A stretch of 64,000 bases of DNA from Escherichia coli (GCF_050320075.1 NZ_CP190018.1), one strand, 5' to 3'. Counted from the stretch's first letter, positions 1 through 11,312 are shown. Notes: generated by a model not told the origin, from the letters alone. Numbers and translations: made by a program.

Positions 1-2959
1 TTTTTGCCGTCAGCCGCCCGTCCGGTGTCAGGGAAAATGCCGGAGGATTACCGCCGCTGGTAATGGTGGGAGCCGTCAGATATTTCAGGAACACTTCATT
101 CATAAATATCTGATCGCCCTGACCAACAAACATCGGCTTTGTGTTGCCATTCGCAGGATTAATCATCGCAATCCTGTCTGCCGCCAGCAGCACCTGACTC
201 TGCATGCCGTCAGGGGTGTTTTCAATACCGGCACCAATACCCGCGATATAAAGGCGTCCGTCCTGCATCTGCTGCAGCTTCACAGCCCACATGCTGCTCA
301 GGTTATTATTTGTATCAACCTGAACCTTCTGTATCTGCTGGATCGCTGCACTCTGGTCTTCCAGTTTCTTATTGACGGTCTGCGTGATTTCATTGCTGAC
401 ATCCGTAATGGACGTCCTGATTTCAGCCAGGTCAGGCGCAAGCTGACCGTTATCAATCTGCGTCCACAGCTCCTGAGCCAGATGGGTTTTCCCTATCTCT
501 CCTTTGAAAAAATCCAGATAGCCGGATGCATCATCACTCGGCTGGCCAACAGCCTCCACAAATGCCGATTTGCCAACGGTGTTCACACTGCGGATGTAAA
601 AATAATAATCACGGCCCGGTTTGATATTGATACTGGCGGCTATCCAGTACAGCGCCGTGCCAAGATAGCGGGCTGTGGTTTCAACCTGCCTGATATCGGT
701 AATCCGCGTTTCCGAGAACCAGAACTCAAACTGTACCGTCGGATCATAAACCGCAAGATGCGGCGTGGCAGTTATCTGAAAATAGCCCGGCGTCAGCTCA
801 ATCCGCGACGGCGCTGCCGGTGCGGCAATCCGGAACGATACCGACGCCGGATCGCCCTGCTGCCCCCAGGCATTTGCCGCCCGGACTGTCAGCCTGTAGT
901 TTCCCAACGCCAGTTGCGTGAAGCGGTATGTGGTTTCCGTCGTCCGGGCCGTGCTGACCAGCCGCTCACTGCCGTCATCCGCTGCCACGGTCAGGCGAAG
1001 CATAAAGCTCACGCCCTTCACCACCTTCGGCGTGTCCCAGCGCGCCAGTACCTGATATTCCCCGCTGTCTGCGGTGACTTCGGCAGTCAGGTGCTGCACC
1101 GCTGGCGGCGTGACACCATTCACCGTGCCACTCTGGTCGCCGTCAAAGTGCGCCCCGTTATCCACGATGGCCTCTTTTTCCGGCACATGCTGCACAGCGG
1201 TGATGGCATACGTGCCGTCGTCGTTCTCACGGATACTCACACAGCGGAACAGGCGCTGACGCAGCATCGGCAGCTTCAGCCCCCACACGCTGTATTCGGC
1301 AACGCCGTCAGGAACACGGCTCACTTTTACCTTCACGCCGTCGGTGACGGACTGGACCTCCACGCTCACCGGATTACCCTGCCCGTCAACCAGGCTTATC
1401 AGCGTGGTACCGGAGGATGGCAGCGTGATTTCACGGTCGAGCGTCAGCGTCCGGGTCTGGCTGTTCACCGCCAGCACGCGACCACCGATGCTGATACCGG
1501 CATAGTCATCATCACAGATTTCAATGACATCGCCCGGTACATGGCGAAGCCCTTCGGCACCCACGCTGAAGTCCACGGTCTGCGTTTCCAGCAGTTCCGT
1601 TTTAATCAGCCACAGCCCGGCGCGGTGCGCCTGCCCCCGGCTGGTACAGCCAAAGGCATCCATCTTCGTGACGTTACGACCGTAACGGAGAATGGCCTGC
1701 GTATCTTCAACAAGCTCTGTCGCCGTCTCCCAGCCGTTATTCGGGTCAATCCAGTTCACCTCAACGGCATTATGGCGGTCCTTCAGGGCGCTGAAGCTGT
1801 AGCGGAACGGCGCGCCATCATCCGGCATCACCACATTACTGTGGTTATAGGTCCACACCTTATCCGACGGTCGGTCCTGCACGAACGTCAGCGTCTGCCC
1901 GTTCCATACCGGCATACAGCGCATCGCCGAACAGAAATCACTGAGCACATCCCACGCCTTACGCTGTGTGGTCAGCCAGGCATTACAGGTGATGCGCGGC
2001 TCCGTACCACCAAAGCCATCCGGCACTGACTGATCGCAATACTGGCCGATGACATACAGCGCCCATTTGTCCACATCCGCCGCACCAAGACGTTTCCCCA
2101 TGCCGTAGCGCGGGTGGGTCAGCATATCCCACAGACACCAGGCCATGTTGTTGCTGTATGCCGGTTTAAACGTCCCGTCCCAGATACCGCTGTATTGCCG
2201 CGTCTGCGGGTTATAGTTCGATGGCACCTGCAGAATGCGCCCGCGAAGATGATAATTACGGCTCACCTGCTGGCTGCCGAACTGTTCCGAGTCCACCTGC
2301 ACGCCGACCAGTGCCGTGTTCGGGTAGCACTGTTTCACATCGATGATTTCAGTGTATGACGACCAGAGCGTTTTGTTCTGCAGCTGGTCTGTGGTGCTGT
2401 CCGGCGTCATCCTGCGCATCCGGATATTAAACGGGCGCGGCGGCAGGTTACCCACCACCACCGATGCCAGATACTGTGAGGTGGTTTTGCCTTTAATGGT
2501 GATGTCTTTTTCCGTCACCCAGCCACCGTTACGCTGTATCTGAACCAGCAGGCGGACTTCCGACGGATTCCGGTCCCCCTTTGAGGTGGTTTCCACCAGT
2601 GCCTGCACACCGAAGGTAAAGCGCAGACGGTCGATGTTTGCAGACGTGATGGTCCGGGTAATCGGCGTGTCGTACTTCACTTCCGTACCCAGCACCGTCT
2701 CGGAGCCGGAGGATTCAAATCCCTCCGGCGGTGTCTGCTCCTGCTCACCTGCCCGGAAAACCACCGTGACACCGGAGATATTGGTATTCCCCTCACTGTC
2801 CAGCACTGGCGTACTGTTCAGCAGCACACTTTTTAATCCGTCCACCGGACCTTCAATCGGCCCTTCACTGATGGCGTCTATCACGCTCAGCATCTGCGTG
2901 GACTTCAGGTTGTCCTTCGCTTCGCGCGGGGTATGCCCCTTACTGCTGCCTTTACCCAT
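1..2959 (-). CDS. J: Tail tip / host specificity protein J (N-terminal ~986 codons; 3' end beyond window)
   Basis: Reverse translation from ATG at 2959 reads [43 protein letters not shown], matching the lambda gpJ N-terminus; not in ORF track because the stop lies outside the window. Confidence 0.9.
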   Translation of the reverse strand, partial: MGKGSSKGHTPREAKDNLKSTQMLSVIDAISEGPIEGPVDGLKSVLLNSTPVLDSEGNTNISGVTVVFRAGEQEQTPPEGFESSGSETVLGTEVKYDTPITRTITSANIDRLRFTFGVQALVETTSKGDRNPSEVRLLVQIQRNGGWVTEKDITIKGKTTSQYLASVVVGNLPPRPFNIRMRRMTPDSTTDQLQNKTLWSSYTEIIDVKQCYPNTALVGVQVDSEQFGSQQVSRNYHLRGRILQVPSNYNPQTRQYSGIWDGTFKPAYSNNMAWCLWDMLTHPRYGMGKRLGAADVDKWALYVIGQYCDQSVPDGFGGTEPRITCNAWLTTQRKAWDVLSDFCSAMRCMPVWNGQTLTFVQDRPSDKVWTYNHSNVVMPDDGAPFRYSFSALKDRHNAVEVNWIDPNNGWETATELVEDTQAILRYGRNVTKMDAFGCTSRGQAHRAGLWLIKTELLETQTVDFSVGAEGLRHVPGDVIEICDDDYAGISIGGRVLAVNSQTRTLTLDREITLPSSGTTLISLVDGQGNPVSVEVQSVTDGVKVKVSRVPDGVAEYSVWGLKLPMLRQRLFRCVSIRENDDGTYAITAVQHVPEKEAIVDNGAHFDGDQSGTVNGVTPPAVQHLTAEVTADSGEYQVLARWDTPKVVKGVSFMLRLTVAADDGSERLVSTARTTETTYRFTQLALGNYRLTVRAANAWGQQGDPASVSFRIAAPAAPSRIELTPGYFQITATPHLAVYDPTVQFEFWFSETRITDIRQVETTARYLGTALYWIAASINIKPGRDYYFYIRSVNTVGKSAFVEAVGQPSDDASGYLDFFKGEIGKTHLAQELWTQIDNGQLAPDLAEIRTSITDVSNEITQTVNKKLEDQSAAIQQIQKVQVDTNNNLSSMWAVKLQQMQDGRLYIAGIGAGIENTPDGMQSQVLLAADRIAMINPANGNTKPMFVGQGDQIFMNEVFLKYLTAPTITSGGNPPAFSLTPDGRLTAK

Positions 2960-3019
2960 TCCTCACGCTCCAGAAACGACAAAACCGCCCTGAGGCGGTT
3001 TCACATAAAACGTTTTTCA

Positions 3020-3691
3020 TCAACGACCAATCACCACAACCTGACCACCGTCCCCCTCGTCTGCCGTGCTGATCTCCTGAGAAACCACGCGTGACCCCAC
3101 GCGCATTTCCCCGTACAGAACAGGCAGAACATTGCCCTGGGCAACCATGTTATCCAGTGAGGAGAAATAGGTGTTCTGCTTACCGTTATCCGTTGTCTGT
3201 GTACGGGGAGTTCTGGCTTTCGGTGCCAGCATCTGCGCCACACCACCGAGCACCATACTGGCACCGAGAGAAAACAGGATGCCGGTCATACCACCGGCCC
3301 CAATGGCTGCCCCCCATGCTGCAAGGGTGGCTCCGGCGGTAAAGAATGATCCGGCAATGGCGGCAGCCCCCAGGACAATCTGGAATACGCCACCTGACTT
3401 GGCCCCGGCGACTCTGGGAACAATATGAATCACAGCGCCATCAGGCAGAGTCTCATGTAACTGCGCCGTTAACCCGGACGTGCTGACGTCCCGCCCGGCA
3501 ATCCGTACCTGATACCAGCCGTCGCTCAGTTTCTGACGAAACGCCGGGAGCTGTGTGGCCAGTGCCCGGATGGCTTCAGCCCCCGTTTTCACACGAAGGT
3601 CGATGCGGCGACCAAATCGTTGTAAATTCCCGTAAAGGCAGATGCGCGCCATGCCCGGTGACGCCAGAGGGAGTGTGTGCGTCGCTGCCAT
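3020..3691 (-). CDS. I: Tail assembly protein I
   Basis: 223-aa ORF MAATHTLPLASPGMARICLYGNLQRFGRR... matches lambda gpI in length and sequence. Confidence 0.93.
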   Translation of the reverse strand: MAATHTLPLASPGMARICLYGNLQRFGRRIDLRVKTGAEAIRALATQLPAFRQKLSDGWYQVRIAGRDVSTSGLTAQLHETLPDGAVIHIVPRVAGAKSGGVFQIVLGAAAIAGSFFTAGATLAAWGAAIGAGGMTGILFSLGASMVLGGVAQMLAPKARTPRTQTTDNGKQNTYFSSLDNMVAQGNVLPVLYGEMRVGSRVVSQEISTADEGDGGQVVVIGR

Positions 3692-4332
3692 TTGTCGGTG
3701 TACCTCTCTCGTTTGCTCAGTTGTTCAGGAATATGGTGCAGCAGCTCGCCGTCGCCGCAGTAAATTGCGGCGTGATTCGGCACCGATGAACCAAAACAGC
3801 ACAGCAGCACATCGCCCGGCTGTGCCGCTGACAACGGCACCTGATACAGCCCCGTCGCCTCCAGATTATCCAGATAGAGATTCTGGCCGTTACGCCACCA
3901 GTCATCCTCACGATGAAAGTCCGGCATCTCAATCCCCGCCAGATGATAAGCATCCCGGAACAGGGTGTAACAGTCCGTCACACCGTGCTCAAAGCGCCGC
4001 CCGGTAAGATGCGGCACACAGCGGAACTTATGAATCGTCCCCCGGCAGACCAGCCACCACGGCAAATCACTCTGCACCTGCAGCCGCCGGTCGGCCTCAC
4101 TCAGCCAGGGCAGACCACCGGGGTGGCTGTGGACCAGCGCCACAATCTCACCCTGCATTTCTGCCTGCAGCCAGTCTTCCGGCGACATACGGAAATACGC
4201 CTCCGGCTCACCGGAGATATTCACGCAGGGGAAATATCTTTCCCCCTCCGGCGTGCTTACCACGAAGCCGCACGACTCCGCTGGCGCACATCGCCGGGCG
4301 TGCGCCAGAATCGCTGATTCTGTCTGTGTCAT
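3589..4332 (-). CDS. K: Tail assembly protein K (JAB/MPN plus NlpC/P60-like); alternative start at 4188 would give the 199-aa lambda-annotated form
   Basis: ORF contains MTQTESAILAHARRCAPAESCGFVV and an HSHPGG JAMM-like motif; overlaps I by ~100 bp as in lambda. Confidence 0.88.
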   Translation of the reverse strand: MTQTESAILAHARRCAPAESCGFVVSTPEGERYFPCVNISGEPEAYFRMSPEDWLQAEMQGEIVALVHSHPGGLPWLSEADRRLQVQSDLPWWLVCRGTIHKFRCVPHLTGRRFEHGVTDCYTLFRDAYHLAGIEMPDFHREDDWWRNGQNLYLDNLEATGLYQVPLSAAQPGDVLLCCFGSSVPNHAAIYCGDGELLHHIPEQLSKRERYTDKWQRRTHSLWRHRAWRASAFTGIYNDLVAASTFV

Positions 4333-4336
4333 GGGA

Positions 4337-5035
4337 TTACTGCGAAAGTTTGTTAATGGAAAGGAAGCCGCCAAAGTTGCCGACGTTATTGCGAAACTTA
4401 CAGCCGCTCAGGCATTTGCTGCATTTATCCTTCGTGATATCGGACGTCGGCTGGTCATATTCATCCGCGACCGCCGGACCGTGATAACCGCACTCATCAC
4501 CGCGATAGGTCCAGGTGCAGGTATTAGCAAGCATGATGCGCCCCGGAAAAACAGCGCCGTCCGTTTCCGTCGGCGTGGACAGTACAAAGGAGGCACTGAC
4601 CGCGCTCAGTTCGCTGCACTGCTCAATACGCCAGCGGCTGATCACCTCCTGCTCCGGATCGGCGTCACTGTTTCCGTTGACGAAGTTCACCGCATCCAGA
4701 AAACGGGCGTAAACCTTACGCCTGACCACCGTTCCGCCGACCAGACTCTGCAGGTCTTCCGCCATCCCGGTGACCATACCGTACAGGTTAGAAACCGTCA
4801 GCGTGGGGCGCGTACTGGTGCCTTTGCCATTCAGTTCAAAACCGCTCCCCTGAATGGGATACGGCTGATACTGTCGCCCCTGCCAGGTGACCGGCTCACC
4901 TTTTTCGTTCTGCTCATTACAGAAAAAATAACGTTCTCCACCGACCTCTGTCAGGTCGATTTCCCAGAGCACCAAGCTGGCCGACTGCTCCGCACGGGTG
5001 CATTCATTCAGTGTTTCCTGCCGGATATCCTGCAT
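4337..5035 (-). CDS. L: Minor tail protein L
   Basis: 232-aa ORF MQDIRQETLNECTRAEQSAS... matches lambda gpL. Confidence 0.93.
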   Translation of the reverse strand: MQDIRQETLNECTRAEQSASLVLWEIDLTEVGGERYFFCNEQNEKGEPVTWQGRQYQPYPIQGSGFELNGKGTSTRPTLTVSNLYGMVTGMAEDLQSLVGGTVVRRKVYARFLDAVNFVNGNSDADPEQEVISRWRIEQCSELSAVSASFVLSTPTETDGAVFPGRIMLANTCTWTYRGDECGYHGPAVADEYDQPTSDITKDKCSKCLSGCKFRNNVGNFGGFLSINKLSQ

Positions 5036-5364
5036 CAGTTCACCACCTGTTCAAACTCTGCGCTGAACTCAACACGCAGCATACTGACCCGCGACGACCA
5101 TTTTGCGCAGGTCACCTTTATCTGCCGCCACTCATAAGGCGGCGTCCACAGAAAGGATTTCCAGCCCCCGTGCTCTTCCAGAAACGACTCCAGTACCATG
5201 GCCTCCTCACGGGGGACAGAAAGCGTCACGCTGTACGTTTTCAGGTTGGCATTCAGCCCGGCAGGCGCTCGCTGGGAATAGCCATCACCAAAGCGCACCT
5301 TTCTTACAGAAGGGGCCGAAGCCACATCCATACCGGGTTTCACTTTCCAGCGGAAGGTTTTCAT
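5035..5364 (-). CDS. M: Minor tail protein M
   Basis: 109-aa ORF MKTFRWKVKPGMDVASAPSVRKVRFGDGYSQ... matches lambda gpM. Confidence 0.93.
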   Translation of the reverse strand: MKTFRWKVKPGMDVASAPSVRKVRFGDGYSQRAPAGLNANLKTYSVTLSVPREEAMVLESFLEEHGGWKSFLWTPPYEWRQIKVTCAKWSSRVSMLRVEFSAEFEQVVN

Positions 5365-7940
5365 CGTCCACCTCCGGAGAACAGGCCACCATCACGCATC
5401 TGTGTCTGAATTTCATCACGGGCACCCTTGCGGGCCATGTCATACACCGCCTTCAGAGCAGCCGGACCTATCTGCCCGTTCGTGCCGTCGTTGTTAATCA
5501 CCACATGGTTATTCTGCTCAAACGTCCCGGACGCCTGCGACCGGCTGTCAGCCAGACTGCCCGGTGTACCGACATAACCACCGGTGGCATAGCCGCGCAT
5601 CAGCCGGTAGAGATTCCCCACGCCAATCCGGCTGGTTGCCTCCTTCGTGAAGACAAATTCACCACGGTGAACAATCCCCGCTGGCTCATATTTGCCGCCG
5701 GTTCCTGTGAATCCTCCGGTTGCAAAATGGAATTTCGCCGCAGCGGCCTGAATGGCTGTACCGCCTGACGCGGATGCGCCGCCACCAACAGCCCCGCCAA
5801 TGGCGCTGCCGATACTCCCGACAATCCCCACCATTGCCTGCTTAAGCAAAATTTCTGTCATCATGGACAGCACGGATCGGGTGAAGCTGCGCCAGTTCTG
5901 TTCACTGCCGGTCAGCATCGCCGCCATATTCTGTGCAATACCATCAAAGGTCTGCGTGGCTGCACTTTTAACCTGCGACATACTGTCCGTGGCGCTCTCT
6001 TCCCACTCACTCCAGCCGGACTTCAGGCCTGCCATCCAGTTCCCGCGAAGCTGGTCTTCAGCCGCCCAGGTCTTTTTCTGCTCTGACATGACGTTATTCA
6101 GCGCCAGCGGATTATCGCCATACTGTTCCTTCAGGCGCTGTTCCGTGGCTTCCCGTTCTGCCTGCCGGTCAGTCAGCCCCCGGCTTTTCGCATCAATGGC
6201 GGCCCGTTTTGCCCGTTGCTGCTGTGCGAATTTATCCGCCTGCTGCGCCAGCGCGTTCAGGCGCTCCTGATACGTAACCTTGTCGCCAAGTGCAGCCAGC
6301 TGGCGTTTGTACTCCAGCGTCTCATCTTTATGCGCCAGCAGGGATTTCTCCTGTGCAGACAGCTGGCGACGTTGCGCCGCCTCCTCCAGTACCGCGAACT
6401 GACTCTCCGCCTTCCACAAATCCCGGCGCTGCTGGCTGATTTTCTCATTTGCTCCGGCATGCTTCTCCAGCGTCCGGAGTTCTGCCTGAAGCGTCAGCAG
6501 GGCAGCATGAGCACTGTCTTCCTGACGATCGCCCGCAGACACCTTCACGCCGGACTGTTTCGGCTTTTTCAGCGTCGCTTCATAATCCTTTTTCGCCGCC
6601 GCCATCAGCGTGTTGTAATCCGCCTGCAGGATTTTCCCGTCTTTCAGTGCCTTGTTCAGTTCTTCCTGACGGGCGGTATATTTCTCCAGCGGCGTCTGCA
6701 GCCGTTCGTAAGCCTTCTGCGCCTCTTCGGTATATTTCAGCCGTGATGCCTCAGACTCGGCCCGATCTTTTGCTGCCATCTCACTGGCCTTTTCAAGATC
6801 TGCCTGCAACGTGGCGGCTGAAAGCCCAAGTCGCGCATTCTCTCTCTTCTCCCATGCCCCCCGGAGATTGGCAAGAAATGCTGACGTTTTACCGCGCCGG
6901 TGGCTTCGGCTCTGATACCACTGCCATTTTTTATCCGCTTCATCAAAAGCCTTTTCAGCTTTGGCGAGCATATCTGCAGAGGAGTCCGGGCGGCCAATAT
7001 CCAGCACCGCATCCCACATGGATTTGAATGCCTGTGCAGTCTTGTCTGCCCAGGTCTCCAGCGTACCCATGTTATCTTTCAGTTTACGGGTCTGGTCATC
7101 AAACCCTTTCGTTGCGGCCTCGTTCGCCGCCTGCAATGCCCCGGCCCCATCGCCGGAACGCTGCAACTGAGCAACATACGCAATCTGCTCCGCCGTCACG
7201 TTATGGAACTGGCGCGCCATCGCCGTCAGCCCCGACGTCGGGTCAGTGGTCAGCTTCCCGAAGGCTTCAGCGACCTTGTCCACCTCCACACCGGATGCAG
7301 AGGAGAAACGCGCCACACTCTGGCTGATTGCCTCAAACTGCTCACCACCACGCACACCGGCATTCACCAGCGCCGTCAGTGACTCGCTGGTCTGGTTAAA
7401 CGTCAGCCCTGCCGCCTGCCCGGATCTGGACAGGGCCAGCATACGATCTGCCGTCAGTCCCGCCTGATTACCGGAAAGGACCAGCGTTTTATTGAAATTG
7501 GACAGGGTTGAGTCACCCTGATACCAGGCATACGCCAGCGCACCGGTCGCCACCGCCAGCGAAGTGATACCAACCATCGGCAGGGTGATCGCACCGGCAA
7601 GCCCCCTGAACATGGGGATCATCCCGCCGAAGGAGTCCTTCACCTGACCACCCTGTTGCAGCAGGATGAGCCACGGATTCTGCCCCCCTGCAAGCTGCGT
7701 GGCCACGTCGGTGAACTGCGCAGGCAGCATACGCATGGCAGCTTTATACTGCCCGACGGAAATCCCCGCTTTCTGTGCAGCCAGCGCCTGCCGGTTTATT
7801 GACTGTTCAACGACTGCCGCTGTTTTTTTCGCATCACTTTCCGTACCGGAAAAATGACGCCTGACTCTGGCCATCTGCTCGTCAAATCTGGCCGCATCCA
7901 GACTTAAATCAACGACCAGATCGCCTACCGGTTCAGCCAT
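5361..7940 (-). CDS. H: Tail tape measure protein H
   Basis: 859-aa ORF MAEPVGDLVVDLSLDAARFDEQMARVRRHF... with coiled-coil middle and Gly-rich C-terminus, as in lambda gpH. Confidence 0.93.
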   Translation of the reverse strand: MAEPVGDLVVDLSLDAARFDEQMARVRRHFSGTESDAKKTAAVVEQSINRQALAAQKAGISVGQYKAAMRMLPAQFTDVATQLAGGQNPWLILLQQGGQVKDSFGGMIPMFRGLAGAITLPMVGITSLAVATGALAYAWYQGDSTLSNFNKTLVLSGNQAGLTADRMLALSRSGQAAGLTFNQTSESLTALVNAGVRGGEQFEAISQSVARFSSASGVEVDKVAEAFGKLTTDPTSGLTAMARQFHNVTAEQIAYVAQLQRSGDGAGALQAANEAATKGFDDQTRKLKDNMGTLETWADKTAQAFKSMWDAVLDIGRPDSSADMLAKAEKAFDEADKKWQWYQSRSHRRGKTSAFLANLRGAWEKRENARLGLSAATLQADLEKASEMAAKDRAESEASRLKYTEEAQKAYERLQTPLEKYTARQEELNKALKDGKILQADYNTLMAAAKKDYEATLKKPKQSGVKVSAGDRQEDSAHAALLTLQAELRTLEKHAGANEKISQQRRDLWKAESQFAVLEEAAQRRQLSAQEKSLLAHKDETLEYKRQLAALGDKVTYQERLNALAQQADKFAQQQRAKRAAIDAKSRGLTDRQAEREATEQRLKEQYGDNPLALNNVMSEQKKTWAAEDQLRGNWMAGLKSGWSEWEESATDSMSQVKSAATQTFDGIAQNMAAMLTGSEQNWRSFTRSVLSMMTEILLKQAMVGIVGSIGSAIGGAVGGGASASGGTAIQAAAAKFHFATGGFTGTGGKYEPAGIVHRGEFVFTKEATSRIGVGNLYRLMRGYATGGYVGTPGSLADSRSQASGTFEQNNHVVINNDGTNGQIGPAALKAVYDMARKGARDEIQTQMRDGGLFSGGGR

Positions 7941-8367
7941 ACCGGACTCCTCCTGCGATCCCTTCTGATACTGTCATCAGCATTACGTCATCCTCCGTCA
8001 TGTCCGCCACATACGGGGAAGCGGGGATAACTTCATTCCCGTCCGGGCCAAAACGAACGCCTCCGGCAAGCCCTGCCGCTTTCTGCATCAGCACATCATC
8101 TTCAGGCTCTTCGCCAGCCTCACGCCGGTTCAGCAGACTGAAATCCAGCGGATGCATATCCGGATCGCTGAAAAACAGGCTGAGCACGGTGTACGTCAGC
8201 CCGGAAAAATGCATATCCAGCAGAACATCATGAAAATAATGGGTACTGTAAAAGCGGTGCCAGTCGGCATACTCCGTGGATGACATCCCGGCAAGCATGG
8301 CGCGCCAGTCGGGTCGCCCCATCTCTCGCGCCAGTTTCAGGGCAAAACTCAGCTCACCGTCGAACAC
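7933..8367 (-). CDS. T: T frame of the tail assembly chaperone; expressed only as the G-T fusion by -1 frameshift
   Basis: ORF (V)FDGELSFALKLAREMGRPDWRAMLAGMSSTEYADWHRFY... matches lambda T; no independent start. Confidence 0.85.
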   Translation of the reverse strand: MFDGELSFALKLAREMGRPDWRAMLAGMSSTEYADWHRFYSTHYFHDVLLDMHFSGLTYTVLSLFFSDPDMHPLDFSLLNRREAGEEPEDDVLMQKAAGLAGGVRFGPDGNEVIPASPYVADMTEDDVMLMTVSEGIAGGVRYG

Positions 8368-8762
8368 TTTCCCGCAGAAACAGGCTCTGCAGGCCCGGCG
8401 TCATCTGCCTGTTCAGGGGCATTATTCACCACAAACTCATACATTCCGGACAGCCGGTACACCACGTTTTCAGCATGAGAAATTGCCTCTGTGGGCCAGG
8501 TGGTAAGCACTTCCTGCTCAATCTGTTTAACGGCTTCATTCATGGACGGCATCTGCGTCTTCTGCGGATGGTTATGCCACAGGGACATCGCCACCACAAA
8601 AGCGCCGGTTCTGATGACGTCTTCCACAGTAAACTTCCGGTTGCTGTCGGATTCTGCCTGCTGTTTCATCAGAGCGAGATGCTCAATACGCTGCAGGGCT
8701 GACAGTTCAGAAAGCGTGACGGTCACGCCGTTATATTCAAATGATTCGGTTTTCAGGAACAT
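8349..8762 (-). CDS. G: Tail assembly chaperone G
   Basis: 137-aa ORF MFLKTESFEYNGVTVTLSELSALQRIEHLALMKQQ... matches lambda gpG. Confidence 0.92.
   Translation of the reverse strand: MFLKTESFEYNGVTVTLSELSALQRIEHLALMKQQAESDSNRKFTVEDVIRTGAFVVAMSLWHNHPQKTQMPSMNEAVKQIEQEVLTTWPTEAISHAENVVYRLSGMYEFVVNNAPEQADDAGPAEPVSAGKCSTVS
8367..8373 (-). promoter_or_regulatory. G-T programmed -1 ribosomal frameshift slippery heptamer GGGAAAG
   Basis: Plus strand CTTTCCC at 8367..8373 is the reverse complement of GGGAAAG, located at the 3' end of G where the T frame opens. Confidence 0.8.
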
Positions 8763-8777
8763 CGCTGACTCTCCGGA

Positions 8778-9518
8778 TTAACTGGCGGTGACGGTGATTT
8801 CTGCAACCGCAGCAAACTCACCATTACCGGATACGACCGGAATGTTGACCTTGCCTGCAGCAACGCCGTTCACGGTGATGGTCATACCACTGACCGACAC
8901 GGTGGCTTTTGTTTTATCCGAAGACACCGCACGGAAGCTCTTGTCGGTTACGCCTTCCGGCTGGAATGCCACGGTCAGCGTGGTGCTCTGTCCTTTCACT
9001 ACGGACGCACTGGCTGGCGTTACCGTCATGCCGGTTGCCGCCGTCACCGTACTGCGATCTTCAGCCATCGACGGGCGTCCCACATTGGTGACCTTCACCG
9101 TGCGGGTGATCACTTCCTTCGCCGTCACCGCTTTACCGATACTGCTGACCCAGCCACGGAACACATCGACCGTGCCGTTAGGAAAGCGGATTTTATAGGC
9201 ACGGGTATCACCTTCATTAAACCACGCCAGCAGCGCCTGCTGCCCCTGCTCTCCGGGCATCCACGCCAGCGTGAAGCTGGTATCTCCGGCAGATTTCTGC
9301 CCCTGCCCGGTCGCAGTCCAGTCCGCATCTTCATCATCGAGATAGCTGTCGTCATAGGACTCAGCGGTCAGTTCGCCGGGTGTCAGGTCTTTAACTTTTG
9401 CCAGACGCGACCAGTCAACGTCTGAAAGCGGGTTCGCATAAGGGTCACCGTTCCCCTTATAAACCCACAGTGTGGTCCCGGCCCCTTTCACCGGTGCCAG
9501 AGGATTTGGTGTTGGCAT
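8778..9518 (-). CDS. V: Major tail tube protein V (with C-terminal Ig-like domain)
   Basis: ORF from internal Met [42 protein letters not shown]... matches lambda gpV (246 aa). Confidence 0.92.
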   Translation of the reverse strand: MPTPNPLAPVKGAGTTLWVYKGNGDPYANPLSDVDWSRLAKVKDLTPGELTAESYDDSYLDDEDADWTATGQGQKSAGDTSFTLAWMPGEQGQQALLAWFNEGDTRAYKIRFPNGTVDVFRGWVSSIGKAVTAKEVITRTVKVTNVGRPSMAEDRSTVTAATGMTVTPASASVVKGQSTTLTVAFQPEGVTDKSFRAVSSDKTKATVSVSGMTITVNGVAAGKVNIPVVSGNGEFAAVAEITVTAS

Positions 9519-9525
9519 ATCGTCC

Positions 9526-9921
9526 TCACATTTCATAGGTAATGACATAAGTCAGATCGGCTGAACTCCACAGGCCCGCATCATCGTCGCGCCGGTAGTC
9601 ATAGCCACTGGCCACCATACTGGTGATCAAATCTGACAGTGCCGGGATATCGCTCATCACCGGATAAATCCGGGACTCCATCCACGCATCCAGCTCTGAA
9701 TCCGGCACCTGAGCAGGCAGGAAAACTTCGATATGCAGCTCCGCCTGCCAGGTATCGCTGTCCAGCTCTTCGCCCGTGTATTCAGCGCCGGTGAGATAAA
9801 CGGCAACTGCCGGAAAATCCGCCTCATCAAAAACAGCGGGGCGACCATCAAAAAGCGTCGCCCCGGTGTCATGCTTCTCCAGTGCATCCAGTACGGCTGC
9901 ACGGAGTTCAGTATGTTTCAT
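9526..9921 (-). CDS. U: Tail terminator protein U
   Basis: 131-aa [51 protein letters not shown]... matches lambda gpU. Confidence 0.93.
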   Translation of the reverse strand: MKHTELRAAVLDALEKHDTGATLFDGRPAVFDEADFPAVAVYLTGAEYTGEELDSDTWQAELHIEVFLPAQVPDSELDAWMESRIYPVMSDIPALSDLITSMVASGYDYRRDDDAGLWSSADLTYVITYEM

Positions 9922-10496
9922 CGCTTTATTACCATTCTCAGTTGATGCTGCAGCGCATAGCCCAGCTCTTTCGGAAGACGCTCACGCCGTATCCGCTCAA
10001 TATTCTGTTTAAACGCCGTGGTCAGCGGCACCGCCATCGGGATTTTCACCACATCAATGGGGTAACGGTTTTTCCCGGCCACACGCTGCATGACATGCCA
10101 CCGGCCATTTTTCAGTTGCTGAATAAACGCGCCGGGAATACGACGGTTTCCCACCACAAGCACGCTGCCGCCACCTTTCAGGGATGAACGCTGCCCCTTT
10201 TTACGACGCCTGCGGCGGGACAGGACAACCCGCGCATTACCCAGCCTGATTACGGGCAAATCCCCCCGGTTAACCCTGATTCTGGCCTGCGGATTTTTGA
10301 CCGTGGCCCTTTTCAGCCTGGCCCTTTCCTTTACCAGTTTCCGGCGTACCTTTGTCTCACGGGCAACCTGTGACGCAGACTGCGATATCGCGGATGAAGC
10401 AACGCGGTTAATGGCCATTGCGGCGGCACCGGGCACCGCCGTTTTGCTGATACGGCTGAGGTTTTCAACGGCCTGCTCAAGACCTTTTATGGCCAT
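9918..10496 (-). CDS. Z: Tail completion protein Z
   Basis: 192-aa ORF in the conserved position between U and FII; size and order match lambda gpZ. Confidence 0.88.
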   Translation of the reverse strand: MAIKGLEQAVENLSRISKTAVPGAAAMAINRVASSAISQSASQVARETKVRRKLVKERARLKRATVKNPQARIRVNRGDLPVIRLGNARVVLSRRRRRKKGQRSSLKGGGSVLVVGNRRIPGAFIQQLKNGRWHVMQRVAGKNRYPIDVVKIPMAVPLTTAFKQNIERIRRERLPKELGYALQHQLRMVIKR

Positions 10497-10507
10497 ACAT
10501 CCCCCTT

Positions 10508-10861
10508 TCAGCGGCGACGGTTAACGGCAGGCGGTACGCCCCGCCCAAGCCAGAGATGACAGCTTCCGCCATCATCCGGCGTAACCCGATCTACCCAGAA
10601 GTTTTCCTCACCGATGATCAGCGTGTCTCCACGCCGCAGCTGCCGCACATCATCAGTCCGGACAAACAGGGACGGGCTGGAGCCTTCAACGCGCACGCCC
10701 TGTCCGGCATAGCTGATATTTTCAGGGTCATCAAAAACACCACGTATCACCGCACCGGACTGCTCACCGGATGTAATGGTGGCTGACGTTCCCATGTACC
10801 CGCGTATCGTTTCATCAGCGCGGGCAATGGCAGCATCGAACAGGTTATCGAAATCAGCCAC
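10508..10861 (-). CDS. FII: Head-tail connector protein FII
   Basis: 117-aa ORF in the lambda FII position and of the lambda FII size. Confidence 0.88.
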   Translation of the reverse strand: MADFDNLFDAAIARADETIRGYMGTSATITSGEQSGAVIRGVFDDPENISYAGQGVRVEGSSPSLFVRTDDVRQLRRGDTLIIGEENFWVDRVTPDDGGSCHLWLGRGVPPAVNRRR

Positions 10862-10872
10862 AGCGCCTCCCG

Positions 10873-11271
10873 TTATTGCATTCTGGCCAGGCCACGTTCT
10901 GTCATTTCGGCTGCCACACCGGCAGAGACACGAAACGCCGTTCCCGGCAGCACAAATGCCACAGGTTTATCCCGCGTGGCGTGAAGCGCATCAGTATGCA
11001 GCGTCACCAGTGCCACGACCGTGACCAGTTCAGCCGTATCCTGAATCACGGTATCCGGCTGCGCTGATACCACCTCATTTTCATGCCCGGTCAGCACATT
11101 TTCCCGGCTGAGAGGGGTGTCCTGACCGGCAGTTTCATCCGTGTCATCAAGCTCTTCTTCCAGCTCTGCCACACGAAGCGCCAGTTCTTCTTTCGTTCCC
11201 GTCAAACTGACATCGCGGTTCAGTTGCTCACCCAGCGACCGGAGACGGACAATCAGTTCATCTTTCGTCAT
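10873..11271 (-). CDS. FI: DNA packaging protein FI
   Basis: MTKDELIVRLRSLGEQLNRDVSLTGTKEELALRVAELEEELDD... matches lambda gpFI (132 aa from the MTKDEL start). Confidence 0.9.
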   Translation of the reverse strand: MTKDELIVRLRSLGEQLNRDVSLTGTKEELALRVAELEEELDDTDETAGQDTPLSRENVLTGHENEVVSAQPDTVIQDTAELVTVVALVTLHTDALHATRDKPVAFVLPGTAFRVSAGVAAEMTERGLARMQ

Positions 11272-11312
11272 GAACTCCTCCACAGAGAGAAAATGGCCCC
11301 GAAGGGCCATGA

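Noticed and set aside
482-2029. Long plus-strand ORF (515 aa) and several neighbours (2114..2993)
   Set aside because: They lie antisense to the J gene, whose minus-strand translation matches lambda gpJ. Arg/His/Pro-rich composition is typical of spurious antisense frames; J itself is missing from the ORF track only because its stop lies outside the window.
5752-7467. Series of plus-strand ORFs (for example 5752..6270, 6216..6746, 6449..7027, 6900..7382)
   Set aside because: All are antisense to the tape-measure gene H, with low-complexity Ala/Pro/Arg-rich translations and no protein-like features.
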